Origin: an uncultured Clostridium sp.
GTDB lineage: Bacteria > Bacillota > Clostridia > Oscillospirales > CAG-272
Length of the DNA: 64,000 bases
Direction of reading: 5' to 3'
Assembly (NCBI GenBank): GCA_964427175.1
Contig: CAYRTP010000001.1
Coordinates: 7,836-71,835, forward strand
Both the position numbers and the translations under genes were made by a program. The notes below the pieces were generated by a model that was not told the origin of the DNA, made no database searches, and saw only the letters and a program-made list of their open reading frames with translations. Shown here in pieces: positions 60,032 through 64,000 of the stretch. Numbering within the stretch: position 1 is the first letter of the stretch; each line of letters opens with the position of its first letter.

Positions 60032-61576
60032 TCAATTCCACCTCAACCCCTTGGGCAGGTGGTTCTTCATGACCCCGTCGCTGGCCTTGCCCCAGCCGAG
60101 GGGGAGCCCGCAATAGGTGACGGTGTGCCAGCCCCGCACGTCGGCGGGAACCGTTTCCCCCCGCAGGTAGGCCACAGCCCCCGCTTCGTCCACAGGGAAG
60201 GACCGATGACAGATCCCCGCCGCCAGGGCCAGGGCGTGGTCGGGCTCAAAGCGGCCTCGGCCGCGGTCGGCACCCACGATGGTCCCCACGCACAGCCCCG
60301 CGCGGAGTACCCGAAGACCGTCCAAAGCGGTCTTGACATCCCCATCCGCCCCGCAAAGAGCCTTGGGCACCAGGTAGAGCTTGTCCCCGAACAGGCAGGG
60401 AGCGGTGTCCGCTACCCAAGCGGGTACCCCGCCCAACACCTCACGGGTGAAGTCCTCAAAGAGCCTGACCGCCGCCGCCTCAGTCGAGGGCTTGCCCTTG
60501 GCACCGCCCGAGCGGTCGGCTTTTTTGCCCTTCTTGCCCGCCGAGGCGCGGGGAGCGGTCAGCTCGCCGTCCACCCCATTCTTGCGGAGGAGCACCGCGA
60601 AATGCCCCTCGCCGTTACACTTGTGGGGGAATACGCGGTAAGACCCGCGGACCGACTCCCGCAGAGCCTCGGGGTACTGCTCGCTCCCCTCCACCCAAGC
60701 GGGATCGCCCGCCGACAACAGCCCCTGCTCCCGTGCGGCCATGACTGCCGTTTCGGCAGAGGGAACCACCTCAAATTCGGGATGGCGGCTGAGGAACGCC
60801 AGCACCGTGCCCTCGTTCTCCTCGGGGGCGAAGGTGCAGGTGGAGTAGGTCAGATACCCGCCCGCGCGGAGCATTTTGGCGGCCTCGTCCAGGATCTCGG
60901 CCTGGCGTTTCGCGCAGAGAGCCACGTTCTCGGGGCTCCACATGGTCACGGCATCTGCCTCCTTGCGGAACATCCCCTCCCCCGAGCAGGGTGCGTCCAC
61001 CACGATCTTGTCAAAGAAAGCGGGGAATTTCACCGCCAGCTCGGCGGGGGAGGCATTGGTCACCAGGGCGTTCCGTACCCCCATGCGCTCCAGGTTCTGG
61101 GACAGGATCCCCGCGCGGGTGGGGTGGATCTCGTTGGCCACCAGCAGACCCTCGCCCTCTAAAGCCGCCGCCAGTTGGGTGGCCTTACCCCCGGGCGCGG
61201 CGCAGAGGTCCAGGACCCGCTCCCCGGGGCGGGGCGGGCAGAGGGAGGCGGGCAGCATGGCACTGGCCTCCTGGATGTAGTAGGCTCCCGCCTCATGGAG
61301 GGGGTGCTTGCCGGGACGGATTTCTCCCTCGGCGGGGTAGTAAAAGCCCTTTTCCTGCCAGGGGAGCATATCCCCCATAAAGGGCACCGCCTCGCGGAGC
61401 CCGTCGGGGGTGATCTTTAAGGTGTTGACCCGCAGGGAAGGATGGGCGGGGGCTTCGTAGGAGGCGCAGAAGGCCTCAAATTCCTCCCCCAGCATGGTAC
61501 GCATACGGCGGACGAACAGCGCGGGGAGGGTCAGCCCCTCGCCGTGGCAGACAATGGTTTCAGAATTCAGATTCAT
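60032..61576 (-). CDS. RsmB/RsmF-type rRNA (cytosine-C5) methyltransferase
   Basis: 514 aa. SAM motif DLCAAPGGKATQLA and catalytic DAPCSGEGMFRK / TCTFAPEENE. Confidence 0.85.
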   Translation of the reverse strand: MNLNSETIVCHGEGLTLPALFVRRMRTMLGEEFEAFCASYEAPAHPSLRVNTLKITPDGLREAVPFMGDMLPWQEKGFYYPAEGEIRPGKHPLHEAGAYYIQEASAMLPASLCPPRPGERVLDLCAAPGGKATQLAAALEGEGLLVANEIHPTRAGILSQNLERMGVRNALVTNASPAELAVKFPAFFDKIVVDAPCSGEGMFRKEADAVTMWSPENVALCAKRQAEILDEAAKMLRAGGYLTYSTCTFAPEENEGTVLAFLSRHPEFEVVPSAETAVMAAREQGLLSAGDPAWVEGSEQYPEALRESVRGSYRVFPHKCNGEGHFAVLLRKNGVDGELTAPRASAGKKGKKADRSGGAKGKPSTEAAAVRLFEDFTREVLGGVPAWVADTAPCLFGDKLYLVPKALCGADGDVKTALDGLRVLRAGLCVGTIVGADRGRGRFEPDHALALAAGICHRSFPVDEAGAVAYLRGETVPADVRGWHTVTYCGLPLGWGKASDGVMKNHLPKGLRWN

Positions 61577-61591
61577 ATCATTCCTTCGCTT

Positions 61592-61951
61592 TCAGACAGT
61601 TTCAATGGCCATTACCCCGTGGTAGCGGACCATTTCCTGCGGGTAGTATGCCAGCATATCGGCGGGATCGGGCACCTCGCCCTCGGCGTAGCCCAGGGCC
61701 TCGGCCCCCAGGACGGGGATCAACTCGGCGTACAGTGCCTCAAAGTCGGGGAAGTAGCGGATCCCCGTGACGGTTACCCAGTGGTATTCGTCGGTTTCCT
61801 CCAGGCGGAATCGGATGCTGTCACCGATGCGGAGCCAGCGGTGCTTGTAGTCGCACAGGCGAAGCTCCACCCGCTTTCGCCCGGATTTGAAGGCGCGGAA
61901 GGGGGCCTCCCGCAGGGTCATATCCATGGTGGCGGGGGGCTTGGCATTCAT
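61592..61951 (-). CDS. ASCH-domain protein
   Basis: Probable start MNAKPP at 61951. FRAFKSGRKRVELRLCD...IGDSIRF pattern. Confidence 0.55.
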   Translation of the reverse strand: MNAKPPATMDMTLREAPFRAFKSGRKRVELRLCDYKHRWLRIGDSIRFRLEETDEYHWVTVTGIRYFPDFEALYAELIPVLGAEALGYAEGEVPDPADMLAYYPQEMVRYHGVMAIETV

Positions 61952-62004
61952 GTCCAGCCAACGGTAGCGGTCCACCGAGCTGAAATATTCCGTAGTGGCC
62001 CCGT

Positions 62005-62550
62005 TCAGAGGATGGGAGGGATGCCCCGAAAATCCTCCGCAAGGAATCCGCATTTCTGCTGGACCCTGCGGGAGGACTGGTTGCCCTCGTAGAAGCCGCA
62101 CCACAGCCGTTCCAGCCCCAGTGCGTCAAAACACCGCCCCATGATGGCCCACACAGCCTCGGGGGTCAGCTCCCGTCCCCACAGAGGGCGGGCGATCCAG
62201 TAGCCGATCTCGGCCTCGTTGTCTCGGATATTGGGTCGGGAGCCGTGGCCCTTGAACATAATGCCCACGCTCCCCACGGCGGTCCCGGCGGGGATCATGC
62301 CGCCGCTGACGGCATCCTCCATATCGTAGCGCAGGACCATGGCGTAGGTCTCCTCCGCCGACAGCACCCCGCGGATGATCTCACGGCTGTTTTCCACGCT
62401 TGTGTGGGGCGGCCACCCCGCAGGGGGACCCACCTGCGGGTCGGAGGCGAAGCGGTACAGATCCTCGGCATCAGACTCCCGCCAGGGGCGCAGGATGAGG
62501 CGGAGGGTGGTCAGGGTTGTTTCTTTCCAGTTGGTCATGATTATGACCAT
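62005..62550 (-). CDS. GNAT N-acetyltransferase (RimJ/RimL-like)
   Basis: 181 aa. LRLILRPWRESDAEDLYRFASDP N-terminus and a GNAT core. Confidence 0.8.
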   Translation of the reverse strand: MVIIMTNWKETTLTTLRLILRPWRESDAEDLYRFASDPQVGPPAGWPPHTSVENSREIIRGVLSAEETYAMVLRYDMEDAVSGGMIPAGTAVGSVGIMFKGHGSRPNIRDNEAEIGYWIARPLWGRELTPEAVWAIMGRCFDALGLERLWCGFYEGNQSSRRVQQKCGFLAEDFRGIPPIL

Positions 62551-62743
62551 AGCTTTCGCTCGGCGAAAGCTTCCTTTCTTGCGGAATTGGGGCTGGTTTT
62601 GCGAAGCAAAATCGCCATTGTTCCAATGGCGAAAGCCACAAAACGCTGTTTGAAAGATTTATCTTTCAAACTTTACTCCTGTCAGGCATCTTGGTTGCGA
62701 AATACGAATTTGTGAATGGTTTGACTTTCGTGCGCGGATGATC

Positions 62744-63532
62744 TCACCCAAACACCTCCGCCGCCGCCACTACCCGCAGAAGGTCCTCGTCCACCCGTTC
62801 ACGGCCGTAGGCATCGAGGAATCGGCCGCGGTAGCGGTCGGTGTGGAGGTTGAAGCCCAGGGTCCAGGCACCCCAGAACAGGTCGATGTGACGGTCAGCC
62901 ACCCCGCTGTTGCCCAGGTCGATGAAGCCCGAAAACCGCCAACCGTCCAGCATCACGTTGGGCAGGCAGTAGTCCCCGTGGATGAGGGTGTCGGCCTTCA
63001 ACAGATGCCGCCCCTCCGAGAGCACCGCCCACGCCTCCTCCGCCGAGCGGTAGCCGAAGCTGTCTGGGAAGGCGGACTTGTCATAGTTACCCGCGCGGTA
63101 ATTCTCCTCGGCCAGGGCCAGGTAACGGTCCAGGTAGTCGGGGGCGGGACAGCCCTCCACGGGCTGGGCGTGGAGCTCCCGCAAAATCTCCGCCCACAGG
63201 TCGCAGAGCCGCTCGGGCTGGGCCAGGTAGTCGGCGTGGGTGCAGTCCTCGCCCACCACACGGCGGGTCAGAAGCCAATCGCGATCCCCGATGGCCGTAT
63301 AGGACAAAACCTCGGCGGCCAGCCCCTTTTCGTGGAAAAAGCGGGTCTTGTCAGCCTCGTTTTTCAGACTGCCGACCTCCGAGGCCTTGAGATAATACCC
63401 CTCGTCGCGGTCGATGAACCAAACCTTCGCCTGGGGCGAGCAGGAGCTGTCATAGACGGAGGCACCCGTCAGGAGAGGATGATATTCGGCGGGGAAGGCG
63501 GTCGGATCGATCCGAATCGGTGTACGGTTCAT
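62744..63532 (-). CDS. Aminoglycoside 3'-phosphotransferase-like kinase
   Basis: 262 aa. Brenner motif LIHGDYCLPNVM and GFIDLGNSGVADRHIDL. Confidence 0.8.
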   Translation of the reverse strand: MNRTPIRIDPTAFPAEYHPLLTGASVYDSSCSPQAKVWFIDRDEGYYLKASEVGSLKNEADKTRFFHEKGLAAEVLSYTAIGDRDWLLTRRVVGEDCTHADYLAQPERLCDLWAEILRELHAQPVEGCPAPDYLDRYLALAEENYRAGNYDKSAFPDSFGYRSAEEAWAVLSEGRHLLKADTLIHGDYCLPNVMLDGWRFSGFIDLGNSGVADRHIDLFWGAWTLGFNLHTDRYRGRFLDAYGRERVDEDLLRVVAAAEVFG

Positions 63533-63554
63533 GGCAGAATCTCCTTTATTTTGG

Positions 63555-63995
63555 TCAGGACAAATATGTGCTCCCGATCTCTACCCATGTAGGACGGAAA
63601 CCGCAATTCAGGGCGATGTTGCGGGAGTGCTCGTTAGACAGACTGGTGCCGTAAAAGGGAATGGCCCCCATCTCGGTGACGCGCTCCTTGAGCAGGGCCA
63701 CCAAATGGGTCCCGATGCCGCGGGAGCGGGCTTCGGGGACCACGTCGATGCCGATCTGCATCCAACCGGGTGCGTCTTCGGAGCAACCTGCCATGCCCAG
63801 GAGCTTGTCGCCGTCATAAGCGCAGACCACCGAACGGTCGGGGCGGTGAGCCAAGGGCTCGGAGCAGATCGCGTTGGGCAGACGGGGATCGCCGTAGAAG
63901 GGAAGGATCGCCTCCTCCTCAAACCACCGAATTGTCACGTCTCTCCGAGGAGCCAACGCCTCTTTCGGAGTTCCCGCTCCGTGGGGGAGGAACAT
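63555..63995 (-). CDS. GNAT family N-acetyltransferase
   Basis: 146 aa. Acetyl-CoA motif EARSRGIGTHLVALL. The start lies close to the window edge. Confidence 0.65.
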   Translation of the reverse strand: MFLPHGAGTPKEALAPRRDVTIRWFEEEAILPFYGDPRLPNAICSEPLAHRPDRSVVCAYDGDKLLGMAGCSEDAPGWMQIGIDVVPEARSRGIGTHLVALLKERVTEMGAIPFYGTSLSNEHSRNIALNCGFRPTWVEIGSTYLS

Positions 63996-64000
63996 ATGAT

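Overview
A high-GC (about 60%) Clostridia-like chromosomal segment; the taxon call is inference from gene content only. It carries a roughly 44-kb temperate prophage (6725-50734) inserted into the 3' end of a tRNA-Gly(CCC) gene. The prophage is bounded by a 29-nt direct repeat. LEFT FLANK (1-6720): a NIR_SIR-type Fe-S protein, an MBL hydrolase, an iron-chelate-type ABC importer (binding protein, permease, ATPase), a lipoprotein, a metallophosphoesterase and a MaoC-like hotdog protein. PROPHAGE, left to right: (1) Lysogeny operon on the minus strand: tyrosine integrase, a 92-aa ORF, an AT-rich SF1B helicase, a small HExxH peptidase, an AT-rich membrane/coiled-coil protein and a CI/LexA-type repressor. 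(2) An unusual early region with three perfect-consensus promoters, two copies of a conserved RNA hairpin element and alternating face-to-face gene modules. (3) Replication and accessory genes: ParB-like protein, Lar-like anti-restriction protein and a possible HUH Rep. (4) Packaging and head genes: terS, terL, portal, Prp protease, scaffold and capsid. (5) Large structural proteins: 636 aa, 744 aa, a 2566-aa polyvalent-type giant and an 891-aa fibre. (6) A 28-codon amidase stub. (7) A block of membrane proteins. (8) A separately transcribed terminal cluster of low-complexity (Q-rich, G/C-rich, R/D/Y-rich) proteins. RIGHT FLANK (50735-64000): the tRNA, a 31-aa Cys-rich hydrophobic peptide, membrane proteins (DUF554-like, EIIC_2-like, TVP38-like, DUF2079-like), an XRE regulator, a two-component system, an RsmB/F-type methyltransferase, an ASCH protein, two GNATs and an APH(3')-like kinase. 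The strongest candidate for something new is the low-GC helicase / HExxH / membrane-protein cargo expressed with the repressor. It is a possible defence system. The second candidate is the duplicated promoter-proximal RNA element in the early region. All family names come from motif recognition by eye. No database search or folding program was run.
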